Assembly: GCA_943704425.1 (NCBI GenBank)
Contig: CALSCP010001993.1
Span: 1 to 64,000, forward strand
Length of the DNA stretch: 64,000 nucleotides
Direction of reading: 5' to 3'
From: Ministeria vibrans ATCC 50519
Lineage: Eukaryota; Protista; Filasterea
The position numbers and the translations under genes were made by a program. This document shows, in pieces, positions 24,801 through 36,690 of this stretch. Each line of letters starts with the position of its first letter. Within the stretch, counting starts at the first letter, position 1. The notes below the pieces were generated by a model, which saw nothing but the letters and a program-made list of their open reading frames with translations, did not search any database and had not been told where the DNA came from.

Positions 24801-27800
24801 CACTGCCGTCAATCAAGGCTCGAGCACACGCCGCCAATCCCCGTGCCCCGTTGACAACACGCACAAGGTTGGGAATGGGCTGCAGTGGAAGCAGCTGGGT
24901 GCTCTTGCCAAAGTGACCGGTGTACATGCGCAGTTCGGTCAGCCATCCAGGCAGTTGTTTCTTCGACGCGTTCGTCACGCGAATCCGCCGCACACGTAGA
25001 TTGGTCTCTTTGCGCGGATAATTGAAGGGACGCAAAGCGAATCCATTGTGCATCGCCGGCTTGACAGCGTGCCACGACGTCTCCGTCCACAAGGTATGCC
25101 ACGCATCGCCATCGGTCGCACATTCTGTGTGCAGCTGACCTTCGATCCGCTGGATGCATTGGAACGCATCTGTGGTAAACTGCTGCATGTGCATCGCAGA
25201 GGGACACTTGAGCAACACCTCCGAGACGCCCTTGGCCACAGTCACACCGCTCTGCGAATTTAGGAAATCCAGCGAGACGCCATTAGACAGGGTGCAGTCG
25301 GAAGGGAGAGCAAGAGGGGCCGGACTCTGTTTTCGGAAAAGCATAAGCCACTTGGGGCGACACGAAAAGCCTGACGCTTGAAACACGATGCGCAGGGCGC
25401 GCAAAGCAAACTCCGTCTGACACTCTGCATCCGCAAGCGGCTCACCCGTCTCGTCGACCGTGTCCGTGGCACACCACTCGTAGGAGCGACCCAGCGTGGT
25501 GCAGCCGGAAAATCTCTGGTTTCCCACCCGGAAGGGCACGCAGGGCGAGCTGGACACGCTCATGCGCTCACTCAGGTGCTCTCGTTGTCGGCTGTCCGCG
25601 TACAACAGAACATCCTGACGCTCACTGTGTGACAAATGTTCCTCCAAGGTCACACTCTCACGCAGATCACCGATAAGTCGCGAGAGGCGACTGTGCGGCG
25701 CGACGCCACTGTACAGTTGAATATTGTTAAGCTGATCGCGTAGTTCGGCCATACGTTGGATGTACACCTCGGCGGCGCCAAGGGCACACGACTTGACCTG
25801 CTGAACTTGGCGGCGCAAGCACAGCGCACGAGCACGTTCAATTTCTTCGGTGCGACCCTTGCACACTGCGCCGTGCAATCCCTTGATCATGTTGTCGATA
25901 AACCGGCTATAGCGCTCCACGGGCACATCACGACGTGCCACCGCCATCAGTACGGCTCCGTGCGTGCGGTAACGACGCACCAGGTCACCGGCGTCCGTGT
26001 CACCCCGCATCTCAAGGAGGGCACGCGTACGTCTAGCATCGTGCACGCGCAAGACGACCATCTGGGTGCTACGCCGCTTCAAGTGGTTGTAATAGGGCGA
26101 AAATTTCTTTTCGATGGCCGCGGCGACGTCAATAAGCAGCTCACTTCGCGCCGACATGTCGTTTGCCTCGGCGCGAAGATTGCCAATGTCCGAATAGAAA
26201 CGCATCCCTACAGCATGTGCTTCGCTCAACATGTCGGCCACACGCTGCAGGTGCGCCATCTTGGTGTTGTACGAGCCGGTGACCGGAAACTTTTCTAGCT
26301 CGGCTGCGGCTGCGTCGACCTTGGCAGCGTATTCTGCCTCGGCTGTGCCCAGGCTCGCCTGTGCCTTGGCCGTGATTGACTCGATGAGTGCGTCCGTCTC
26401 CTCGACCGCCTTGTTGACCTTGTCTACACAGTCAATTTCGTCGCAGGTGATCTCGTCGTCGCCACAGAGCACATCGACAGCAAAGTCTCCCACAGCTTCC
26501 GTGACGTCAACCACAAAGGAACCCACGGCGTCAGCAATTGCCTTGAAATCACCATCGCGCAATGCCTTTACTAGCTTCTGCGACACTTCTTGAGCGGCCC
26601 TCTTGAGCTTATCACCCAGCTGCTTGCCTGCCGTCGCAATGGACTGTGTCACTTGCTTGACGGCTGTCGCGACCTCGCGAATGGCTGTCTGCACTTCCTG
26701 CACCGTCATCTTTACACCTTGCTGTACGGCCTGACCAACGTCACGCAGGAAGCCAGCACAGTCGTCCTTGGCGCCTTCCATTTTCAGATTGAACGAAATG
26801 CTCGCCTTGCGCAAGTGATCCAGAATTTGTGTGGTCACCTTGCCAAAGTTGGTGTTGGCCTGTACAAGCGCGTGCAGTCGTGGGGACGAAATGGACTGCA
26901 GATCGAGATCCACTGCAACCTTGACCGACAGGATTGACCAGATGGTCAATTCGAAGCGGAAGCTCGTTGGCGAGAACTTAATGTAAATCGAGTTCCAAAG
27001 ACCGAGGAACTACAACAAACAGATGATTATTTAAAATTATTAATAATTATTATTATGAATAATATTATAGCCATTCATAATTCTTACGTCCTCACCTCTC
27101 TCTCTCTCAAACACTATGCTCTCTCTCTCAAACACTATGCTTGCTCTCTCACAGACTTCTCTCAAACACCATGCTTACCCTCTCACTCTATGCTTTCTTT
27201 ACGTTACTCTCTTCCCTCCCCTCTCTCCACTTTGCACTCTCAATCTCCCTCTCATTCTCACCTGAATGGCACCGGCAACCTCAAGTTCAAGCTTCTTTGG
27301 CAGGTCCATATCGAGGTAGAACGAAGGACCCCTGTCTTGCTCAGTGATGGTGCGCACGACGTTGATAACACCGAGCTTGATGGGACACAGCTTGACATCT
27401 ATCAGGACGCGCTTGGGAGGGATGCTGATAATGACGTGAGCATCAATCTCACAGCCGAACAGATTAAGCAGCCCCTTGAGGGAGAAGCCGGCGGGAATAT
27501 GGACGTTGCCCAGCACAGATGTACGATCGGCAAAGGCAAATGAGACTTGCAGGCCCTTGGGGAAGCCCGTGTCGCGGATTGGCTTGGGTAATTTGTCGAC
27601 ACTGAACGACGGCACCATCACGTCGAAGACCTTGGCCACCGTGATGGTGCTCAGCGCAAAGTAAAAGTAGTTGTTCTTGTAGTTGCCCACGTCAACACCC
27701 AGTGCCAATTGCATGCTGATTGTCTTGTCGCTGTCGACAAAGCCTGTAGGCGCTGACACATCGTAGGTGCAGGCGTTGTTGAGACCAAAGCACATACTTG

Positions 27801-30800
27801 CCTGGAACTCGATCGCCTTCAGTGACACAGGTCCCAGCGCGACCGAAATGCTTCCACCAATATTGGCAATGCTCAATGGGCTGATGCCAAAGGGTGAGTG
27901 CCATACACCGACGAGGCCAAGCTTCACGCCAATCACGAGCGGCGGGCCAATTTCGAGGTAGAGACCGCCGACAAACTTGGGGGCGCCCTTCAGACCGGGC
28001 ACTGACATCTCACCGCCAAACTCGAGGCGTAACAAGGGCTGTTTGCCAAACGCCAGGGCAAAGTATAAACGCTCGATGGTGACAGGTCCCAGTTCGAGGT
28101 TAAAGCTCAGCAAGACTTTCACTTCAAGCGCACCGCTGATCTTGCTCAGCTCTAGATCCATGGAACCCTGCAGGAAGCCCAGGAATTTACAGGCAGCGCC
28201 GTGCGTACACGCACCTGTGTCGACGCTGACACGCGTGGCCACAGTGAATCCTTTGGCCCACACCGAGGTCGAGGATGATCGCTCAAAAGCCTCGGGGTGC
28301 AGCAAATCGACTTCATCAGGAGAGAATTGTCGCGGTGTGCCTGAATTGATGACAAAGCGGAAATTTTGCACGGTAAACGCCCCGAGAACACCCTGCACAA
28401 GACTGTTGCCTGCGTCACCCGGAAGAATCGCTCCCAAAAGGGTGCCCAAGTTGGCATTGCTCGACATGAACAGCGACAACATCAGCGTCTGCTTGGTCGC
28501 ACCACTTGGCTTCATGATGACGGCGGCAAAGCCAAGTGTCGTCGACGACGAGACGGTAAAGTCACCGCCAAATTGCACAATACGCGGCTTGCCCAGCGTG
28601 ATGCGGATCTGTATCGCGCTCTGAAGCGCACTACCGACACCACGGCGACGGCTGATTGCGCTGGTGGGAAGACCTGAGCTGATCAAGCTCTGGAAGGCAC
28701 GTAGCGTTGGACCGCCCTTGGCCAACAAGTAGGCAACGAGGTTGTCACGGTCGAACTCGACCGATTCGGGATCCGGCTCGAAGTTGAGGCTTCTCCACTT
28801 GCTTCCCTTGACCAAGCACTTGGACGCGGATGCTACGCCGCCTGCCGAAAAGATTTCGTCTCCCTCCGTCGACGGTCCAAAGTGCACGGTACCACCGGCG
28901 AGCAGCTCGACAGTCCAGCCACAACATTTGGCCTTGTTGGTACCACTCGGTGGACTGGGCGGTGTTGACACACAGGGGCGTTTCGCCTTCTTGTCAATGA
29001 GGTACTGCCAGCGGGCGTTGAACGTGACGCCCACCTGCAGCTTAGAAAAGGACAGGGTTTCGTCCTCCTCTTCGCCAATGGCAATGCAACGACCGCCGTT
29101 TAGAGCACACTTTGGCTGCGCAATGACGGAGAGTTGGGTGAACTTGAGCGTGTTGATTTGATTGTAGACAGGGTCCTTGTCCAGAGACTTGGGTCGGCGT
29201 TCGTACTGGCCACGAATGTCCGCACCAAGATCAAGCAGGCTCATGTCGCCCAGAGCATCGCTCATTTTGGTGGCAATTCCCTTGTCGGAGTCGGTCGAGC
29301 CATTGGTGGCGCAGGAGAGAATCTGACCGACCGTGATGATGGCAGCATTTTCCGCGCCGGTTTCCTCGTCGACAGAGCCATCGGGACGACCTGTCAGAGA
29401 AAGCATCACGACCTGGTGCGAATCCTTGTCAATGATGGCGCGCCCTTCAAGGCCCGAGCACTGAAAGTCCATGGAAGCCGCGAAGTAAAATTCTGGCTTG
29501 TGGTCATGCAAGGGTAGCGCGTCGTACTCGGCCTGTGCCTGGGCACACTTGCTGGACGTGGCGCGTGCCTCGCGTGCCAAAGAAGGCGCACTGTCTAGGT
29601 CGTCGTGTCGGGGTTCCTCCTCCTCCGTCTCCTTGGTGACGTGGTAGTTGTTATCGTTGAGAGAGAGGTCAAGAAGACTACGACGGCCCGATGGCGGTGA
29701 GTCTGATGCTCCGCCAGTCTTCTTTTTCTTCTTGATGGGTGTTGTTGAACGAGGCCCGATTTCAGGATCAAACGGCGCCAAAAAGTCGAGGTAGCGCGTC
29801 TCGATGAGGGGGCGTGTCTCAATCTCGTTGCTGGTGGGAACCGGTTGATATATGCCCTTGAACGCGGCGCCCGTGTACGTGGGCTTGGCGATGATGGAGC
29901 CGACGGGCGGTTTCTTCCAGTTGCGTGGGCGCGACGAGTTGTAGTAGCGAGCAAAGCTCAGGGTAAGGTTGGAGAGGGCAAGGCGATCGTTGAACAACAG
30001 CTCGGGTCGGTCGGTGGCCGCATCGAGGAGAAACTCGACGAGGAACATGCGCTTTTTGGGCTTGAGTACACACCCATCCATGTTGTGCACAGTGTTGTTG
30101 CGGCTTCTCTGAATCAATAGCTTGCGCAGACCAAACGAGTCGGCAATATCCGACTCGAATGGCAACATATTCGACTGGGAAAAATCCGCAGCAGCCTTGC
30201 GGTCGAGCACAGCAAGGAGCGATGCGAGATTTAGTCCGTGACCATCGTAGCCGGCGGCATCTTGAGCCTGTGTAAGAGTCGAAAACTCGAGCGACAAGCC
30301 CCATGCCTTGGCTCCACGACGGCCCATTGCAATAGCCGTCGTCTTGATACCATTGACCATGAGCGAAATGTCGGCGCGCATGACAAAGTTGAGCTTGAAC
30401 GGGATCTTCTTGGCGGTACCGCTGCTGGAGGTCGCACGACGCCCCTTCTTCCCGAGCTTCTTGCGATCAAGTTGGAGTCCCAGGAAGACACCCTCGATGG
30501 CAAACGCGTTCTTTTCGGTGTCGTTGAAGCTCCACGACTTGGACGGAAATTGCACAATGATGCCCAGCTGTTCGCAACGTTCGTGCGCGTACGACTTGAA
30601 GTCAGTGTCGCGCGAGAGGTCAAAGTTTTCCAGACCGGCGTCGTTACTGACGGTCACTTCGCCAAAGGTGACCCACCATGTGTAGTTAACGGAACCGATT
30701 GCTGTGTGTTTGGTGAGACCACCGTTGATCTTTTCGAGCAGCATGTCGTTGAGCGATTCGATCATCTCGTCAATTTTTCCATTAGCCTGTTTGACGGCCT

Positions 30801-32147
30801 GATCACGCGCCAAATCTTGTGCCACTTGACGCTTGCCAAGCGACGTCGGGAGCGAGGACAGCAGTGGCTCGAGCAATTCGTCGACAAGACCGCTGAGACC
30901 GACGCTGTCGAGGTCGTGGATAAGGCTGTCCCACGAGAGGCCGGCCGGAGCGGTGAGCAACGAGCGCGGGTCAATGTCGCGCAGGGTCATTGTTAGATCA
31001 TCATTGTCGTTGTCGTCGATGTTGTTGTTGTCGCCATCGATAGCATCGTCGAGGTCGTCATTTTTGTCGTCGAGGGAGCGACGACGTGATTGGGAGTTGT
31101 CGTTGTTGTTGTCGTCGTCGTGCTCGGGAGGGAGGTGACGGTGCATAGTTTGAACAAAATCGGTTGGCGGCGCGACCTTTGGTTGGCCCAACGCAAGGGT
31201 CAGGCGTGAGCCACGAAGGCCGGACACTGAGTGAGCATTGTACGTGTTGGCACCGAGACGAATTGCGGTGGCACCGTTGCATGGATCGGTGCATGGTGCG
31301 CCCGCTTTACAGCCGGTACAATCGCGAAAGGCCGGAGGCTGTGAGAGCGACAAAGAACAAGTGGAGCCAATGAAGCCAGGCGCGCATTTGCAGGTAAATG
31401 ATTTCACACCGTCGACACAAGTGGCGCCATTGAGGCAGGGCGTTGGCGAGCAGTCGTCAATGTTGGTTTGGCAGTGAGAGCCGGAGAAGCCAGCAACGCA
31501 CGAGCATTTGTACGAGGCAACACCGTCGAGGCACGTGCCGCCGTTCTGGCAGGGATCCGACAGGCATTCGTTAGTGTTTCTTTGGCAGGTGCCGCCCGTG
31601 AAGCCCTGGTCACAATTGCAACGGTATCCAGCGCGTCGGCGACGACGGTGCCCGGTGGTGCGATAGCCGTTGCGAGAGCAGGAGGTGGTGCGGCGTCGTG
31701 AGGAGAGGCGATAGGAACGTGTCACAGGCTGATATTCAATGGCGGCGAGCACTTGTGAGGGTTGGTTCTTGAGGGAGCAGAGGGAAACGGTCGCGTTACC
31801 GACGAGTCTTTCAACATTGCCGTACACGAGCAGACGACAAGTACCGTCGTGCGACACACTGAAATGTTCGCACGTTGACTCGACGTGACATTGGTGAGCA
31901 CACGTGGCCATCTCGGCGGCGTGGACGCCCTTGAGTGTGTTAGGGACACATGAAAAGGGTAGGTCCGTCAGAGTCGGCCGAGCAGCCACTAGCGCGGTAA
32001 AAAGTACCACGCTCTAAGTAGGAGTGATGGGTGAACATATGTGGTGGGTTACTCTGGTTAGCCATTAGAACAGGCTGAGAAGAGTTAATAAATAGATTAC
32101 TTTAAATTTTTTCGACTTACGAGCGAAATAAAGGCGGTTAAGCGCAT
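15874..32147 (-). CDS. Giant secreted multidomain Cys-rich protein (~5,304 aa; exons 32121-32147, 27262-32013, 15874-27009)
   Basis: Exons 1+2 give a signal peptide MRLTAFISL|SVVLFTALVAA. A 252-nt phase-0 GT-AG intron (27010-27261) joins the 1603-aa and 3691-aa ORFs (…GAIQ|FLGLWNSIYIKF…). Recognisable modules: PAN/apple-like, ~3 EGF, long beta-rich region, helical region, FN2-like, ricin-B-like, LamG-like, then about 1,700 aa of Cys-rich repeats. Confidence 0.8.
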
Positions 32148-33173
32148 TAAATTTGTCTTCAATATGTTGATGCGTTGATCTATTTTTAGAAAAAAGAGAA
32201 TTAGAGAAGGGAGGGGCGAGGAGGAGGCGTCTGTAGCAAAAGAGATGGCGCAAGTGTTTCACTGAATCAGATCGATACAATTTTGCCACGAGCGTCGGGT
32301 GCGCATGCTGTGGTGTGGCATACACTCGGTTTGAAATTATGAAGACAAAATACTCCCGACGAAGAAGGAAAAGAGGGAAAACTACAACAAGGACTCGGCG
32401 ACATCAGACGACTAGCAGATAGAATAAACGGTAGAGAAGAGCAAATGGAACAAAGAAGCGAAAGTGGAGGAGAGCAAGCTGACTAAAAAATGAGACACTA
32501 AAAAACAAACACGGCTAATCTACCGTTAAGAAGAGTATGGGAAGGCCAGCTGAGCACGCAGGGAACTGCTCAATACTCTTTCACAATTCACACCAATGTC
32601 ACGTTGTGATTGGGAGACTGGGAGAAGCTGAGGATGAAGGGGAGAGGTCGTTCGGCTATTCCCGAGGGAGTTGCTTTTTTTTGTTGTTTTTATGTGGACA
32701 GCGACAAAAAAGGAGAAAAAGAGGCCAAGTTCGGAATAGACAATAAGTGCACTTGTGTATCATGCTGTTTTGGTACGAAGAAGGAAGTAGTATCACACGC
32801 GAGAAACGAGAGAAAAAGCAGAAAAAAAAAGGCACACAAGTTTGGAAGAGGGAGAGAATGCAAGGGCGTGCTGTCTCAGATGCAGCAATAGTAGGGCTGT
32901 AGTCTCACCAGGGTATCGAAGCAAAAGAAAAAAAGAGTGAGAACTGAGTTCAGAGTTACTGAGAACTGAGAGTCTGAGACGTCAAAGAGTTAACAACAAA
33001 TGTAGCGGTTCCTCTCTCACCTCCCTGGGCAGCTGGTGGGGGCAGCATGGCGGGTGTGGCCGGTTTCAACAAACACATGAGCCCATCTCCGCCTGAGCGC
33101 TGCGTTGCGCGCTCGAGCTGTTCATGGTTGAAAGATTTAAAGCAAGAGTGGGAGTAGTTCCCCCTGTTTTGTT

Positions 33174-33906
33174 TTATTCAACATTGGCGCCTTCATGTGT
33201 GGAAGCGACAGTCGCATGCGACGTAGAAGACGATGCATTGCCAACGGCATCGACAGGCACATCCGCCACAGGGCTTGGCGTGCGTTGTCGAGATGGAGAA
33301 CGAGAGCGTGAGCGAGACGGAGAGCGAGAACGCGTGGACCGACGATGGCGCGGAGGGGAGCGCGAGCGCGAGCGACGACGGCTGCGCCCATGATCACGGT
33401 CGTGATCGCGGCCACGGTCACCACGATCATGAAAGTGATCGCGATCCACGGGACGTCCACCACCTCGTTCGCCCATTGGTCGCTTGTACTCCACTCGCAC
33501 CTGATACACAGACGGTGGTTAGAAATAATAAAAAAATGCCCAGGAAAATGCGTCGCGTTGCTTACTCTTGCACCAGTGCCAAAAACATCACGGTTATGAA
33601 ACATTTCCAGTGCACGCGTGGCACTGCGGGGGTCTTCATAGCGCACGTTGCCTTCGCCCTTGGGTGACCCATCGGGGCGCGTGCGTAGCATGGCGTTGGG
33701 CTCGCCAGTGCGAGTGTTGAGCGCAATCTTTCCGGCACGCGAGAACTCACGGAGCACCTGATCGAGCGTGGTCGCATAAGAGAGACCAAATATCATAACG
33801 GTATCGCGTGGGTACGGCCCCTCTTGTCCTCCCTGATCAAATCGAGCTCCGCCACGTGAATCGAAACCTTCTTCGCCACCGAACCCTCTGGCGAAGAAGA
33901 AGAAGA

Positions 33907-33969
<63 letters not shown>

Positions 33970-35122
33970 GAGACAAGGAAGTTTTGTTGGTGTTTCGCTT
34001 CGAGTGTGAAAAGAGATGCACGCAATTGATGTCGAATTCATGCACAGAGCGCGCTCAATCTGTTCAGGCGGCACTGACATCGCTCCACAAGTTGGCTTCT
34101 CACGTACAGAAGAACTGCTCAGGCAACCTCCATTGATGCAATACCAAAAAAAAATTGCTCAAGCAACACATACACACACATACACATAGCACTCAGTCAC
34201 ACACATCCTATGCCAAAGAAATTGCTCAGGCAACACACGCACATACACGCCGACCGAGTTGTTCAGGCAAAGCGCACACACCACCACCACCACCACTACC
34301 AACACCAAAGGAATTGTATACGCAACATGCACCACCAAAAGATGGGTTCAGGCAACACGCACACACCAACCACCACCATCGCCAGCACCATAGGAGCAGC
34401 TCTCAGGCAACATCACAAGAACTGCTCCGGCAACACGCACAAAACACGCACAAAGAGTCCTCCTTTTCCTTTGCTCATTTTTCTTCCTCACCTCTGTCCC
34501 CCACCGTCACGATCAGCATATCCTCCACTTGTTCTCGGCTTTGGCGTTCTGCACTTGTTGCAAATGTCACGCTTGGCAAAGTTGTGGTTGTTGCAGTCGG
34601 GACAGTCCCAGTCACCAGGTCGCCGTGTGCGAGACGGGAACTCGCCGCGAGGAGGGAAGTCATCTTGACGAAAACCACCCTCCCTGTCACGCCTCTCAGG
34701 ACCCGGACCGCCATACTGGGAGTTGCCACTGTAACTCGGCGGCCTTCCTCGGTAGCCACCACCACTATCGCCACTGCCATAATAATCGCCGCCGCCGCCG
34801 CCACCACCGCCGCCGCCACTGCCACCGCCTCCGTTGCCATACGATGCGACAGTTTGCGTGGTCACAATGGGGCGCTCATTGCCGTAGACGGGGCCCGGCG
34901 CAGGAGCGCTACGCGAGTAGTCTCCACCGCGACGAATATCGTCTCGACGATCGTACTCTTGATACGACCCTTCGTACGCACCGCCGCCACCACCACCACC
35001 ACCACTACCTCCTGCAACAGAGCCGCCTCCCGTATAGGAGGTTGATGCAGGGGCCATTGTAGGCGGCGGAGGAGGAGGGGGCGCACGAAGGAGCTCTTCG
35101 GGCTTTTGCCAACGCGACTCAT
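33174..35122 (-). CDS. RNA-binding protein (partial WW, G/Y-rich region, zf-RanBP2, FET-type RRM, RS tail); 5' exon(s) missing
   Basis: The exon begins in phase 1 with DESRWQKPEEL (end of a WW domain). It contains RPGDWDCPDCNNHNFAKRDICNKCRTPKP (RanBP2 zinc finger), an RRM DTVMIFGL...GKI...PKGEGNVRYEDPRSATRALEMF resembling FUS/EWS/TAF15, and an RSRSRS tail. Confidence 0.8.
34058..34440 (-). repeat. Array of ~8 dispersed copies of a ~20-nt motif in one intron (RNA sense GUGUUGCCUGAGCARUUCUU)
   Basis: Plus-strand copies at ~34061, 34110, 34153, 34216, 34258, 34346, 34400 and 34417 (e.g. aagaactgctcaggcaac, aagaaattgctcaggcaacac, aagaactgctccggcaacac). Confidence 0.8.
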
Positions 35123-35177
35123 CTGAAAAAAGGGCAGACAATCAATTTGTTGACAGGATTCCGATAATGGTTGGTAG

Positions 35178-35256
35178 AGAAAGAAGAAAAGAGAAGAGAA
35201 GAGAGAAGAGAAGAGAGAAGAGAAGAGAGAGAGAGAGAGAGAGAAGTGTGTGTGTG

Positions 35257-35343
<87 letters not shown>

Positions 35344-35361
35344 ATGTGTGTGTACATGTGT
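35178..35361. repeat. Compound microsatellite (AGAAG)n/(GA)n/(TG)n
   Basis: Directly visible; the TG tract is about 115 bp. Confidence 0.95.
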
Positions 35362-35473
35362 GCTTATATTTAGTGTGTGCTCATGTGTTTGTTCATGATA
35401 ACTATTTTGAGTCACTTGATGGAACAATTTATGCAATTTAATAATAATTAACTATTTATGGTTGCATGTGTAG

Positions 35474-36050
35474 GACAAGGACCGTCAGTCGACCAAAGTG
35501 TGCTCTGGCTCAACCAACCCCGAGTTTAAGTTCCGCAAGCAGTTTACAGTGGATCCATGCACGGAAGGCTTTTTAGGCTACCTGCAGAGCAATGCGCTTG
35601 TTGTGGAGGTGTGGGGAAAGCAGGTAAGCAATGACGAAACAATGACTTGATGATAAAGAGTAATATTAATATATGAGCTCCTGGGGTATGTATGTGTGAT
35701 TGACAGGGAGATGGGTATGGGCTTGGAGGAGCGCAGAATGGAGGGTATGCAGGTGGAGGAGTGGGTGCGGGCAAGGCACGACAGCACAAGATGGACCATT
35801 TGGACGAGCAGATGCTGGAGATTGAGAAGGAGGCGGATCTGATCAAGAAGAACCAGCTTCTGATCAACGTAACGTCGGAGCAAAACGATACAATACAGAT
35901 GCTCAAAGTGGAGAATGAGGAGCTGGCTAAGCAGACGCAGGATCTGGCGTCGCGCATGGAGCGCCTGCAAACGGGCAATGTAACGGGTCTGAAGCGCATG
36001 GCTTCCACTCTGCCCCACGACGATACTTACCAGTACGCAACAAATTTGTG

Positions 36051-36123
<73 letters not shown>

Positions 36124-36565
36124 GGGGATTAATAATAATAAGGGATAGAGAGATCTAGAGATGAGAGAGGGAGCGATTCGGGAGAGAAGCAAATTAACCA
36201 AAATTATTATTCTGATCCCGTCTTAACAATAATGTGTCCCTATTTCCACTCTAGTCAACTCGCAGATGCGTTTGAGAAGTTTTTACAGGGAGCGCAGTCG
36301 ACCAAACAGGACATTCGGGCGTGTTTTGAGTCCAACCAGAAAGTGCCAAGAGGTAATGTTGAAAACTATGACTTGTCAATCACCGTCACCCACTAAATTC
36401 AATGTTCCTTTTTCTCCCCCTGTAATTTACTTAGACGATATGAAGCATCTCAAGGCTCGATTTGAAGAACACAAAGCTCTTGTATCACAGGTTGAGAAGT
36501 TGATGGTCAGAGGTCTCACTGAGCTCAGAGATGAAATTAGCGAACTGGCAAAAATTAAAAATTGA
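35474..36565 (+). CDS. 3' fragment of a gene resembling a kinesin-3 (KIF28/KIF13-like) tail: C2-like segment plus coiled coil; 5' part absent
   Basis: The exon after gtgtag| reads DKDRQSTKVCSGSTNPEFKFRKQFTVDPCTEGFLGYLQSNALVVEVWGKQ. Three further in-frame exons end ...ELAKIKN*. No start codon or motor domain is present. Confidence 0.55.
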
Positions 36566-36690
36566 ACACACGTCTTTATTTGGCACTCTCTATCTGTTTA
36601 AACCTATAATAATTCTTTTTAACACTATCGGATCTTTTAAAGTGAGTCACATTCAATAATCCAAACAAATACACACTCGTGTAATCAAAC

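Noticed and set aside
16100-31900. Numerous plus-strand and off-frame ORFs overlapping the giant gene
   Set aside because: GC-rich shadow ORFs with no recognisable motifs.
34058-34440. CRISPR-like array
   Set aside because: Copies are degenerate, spacers are irregular and low-complexity, the context is a spliceosomal intron, and no cas genes are present.
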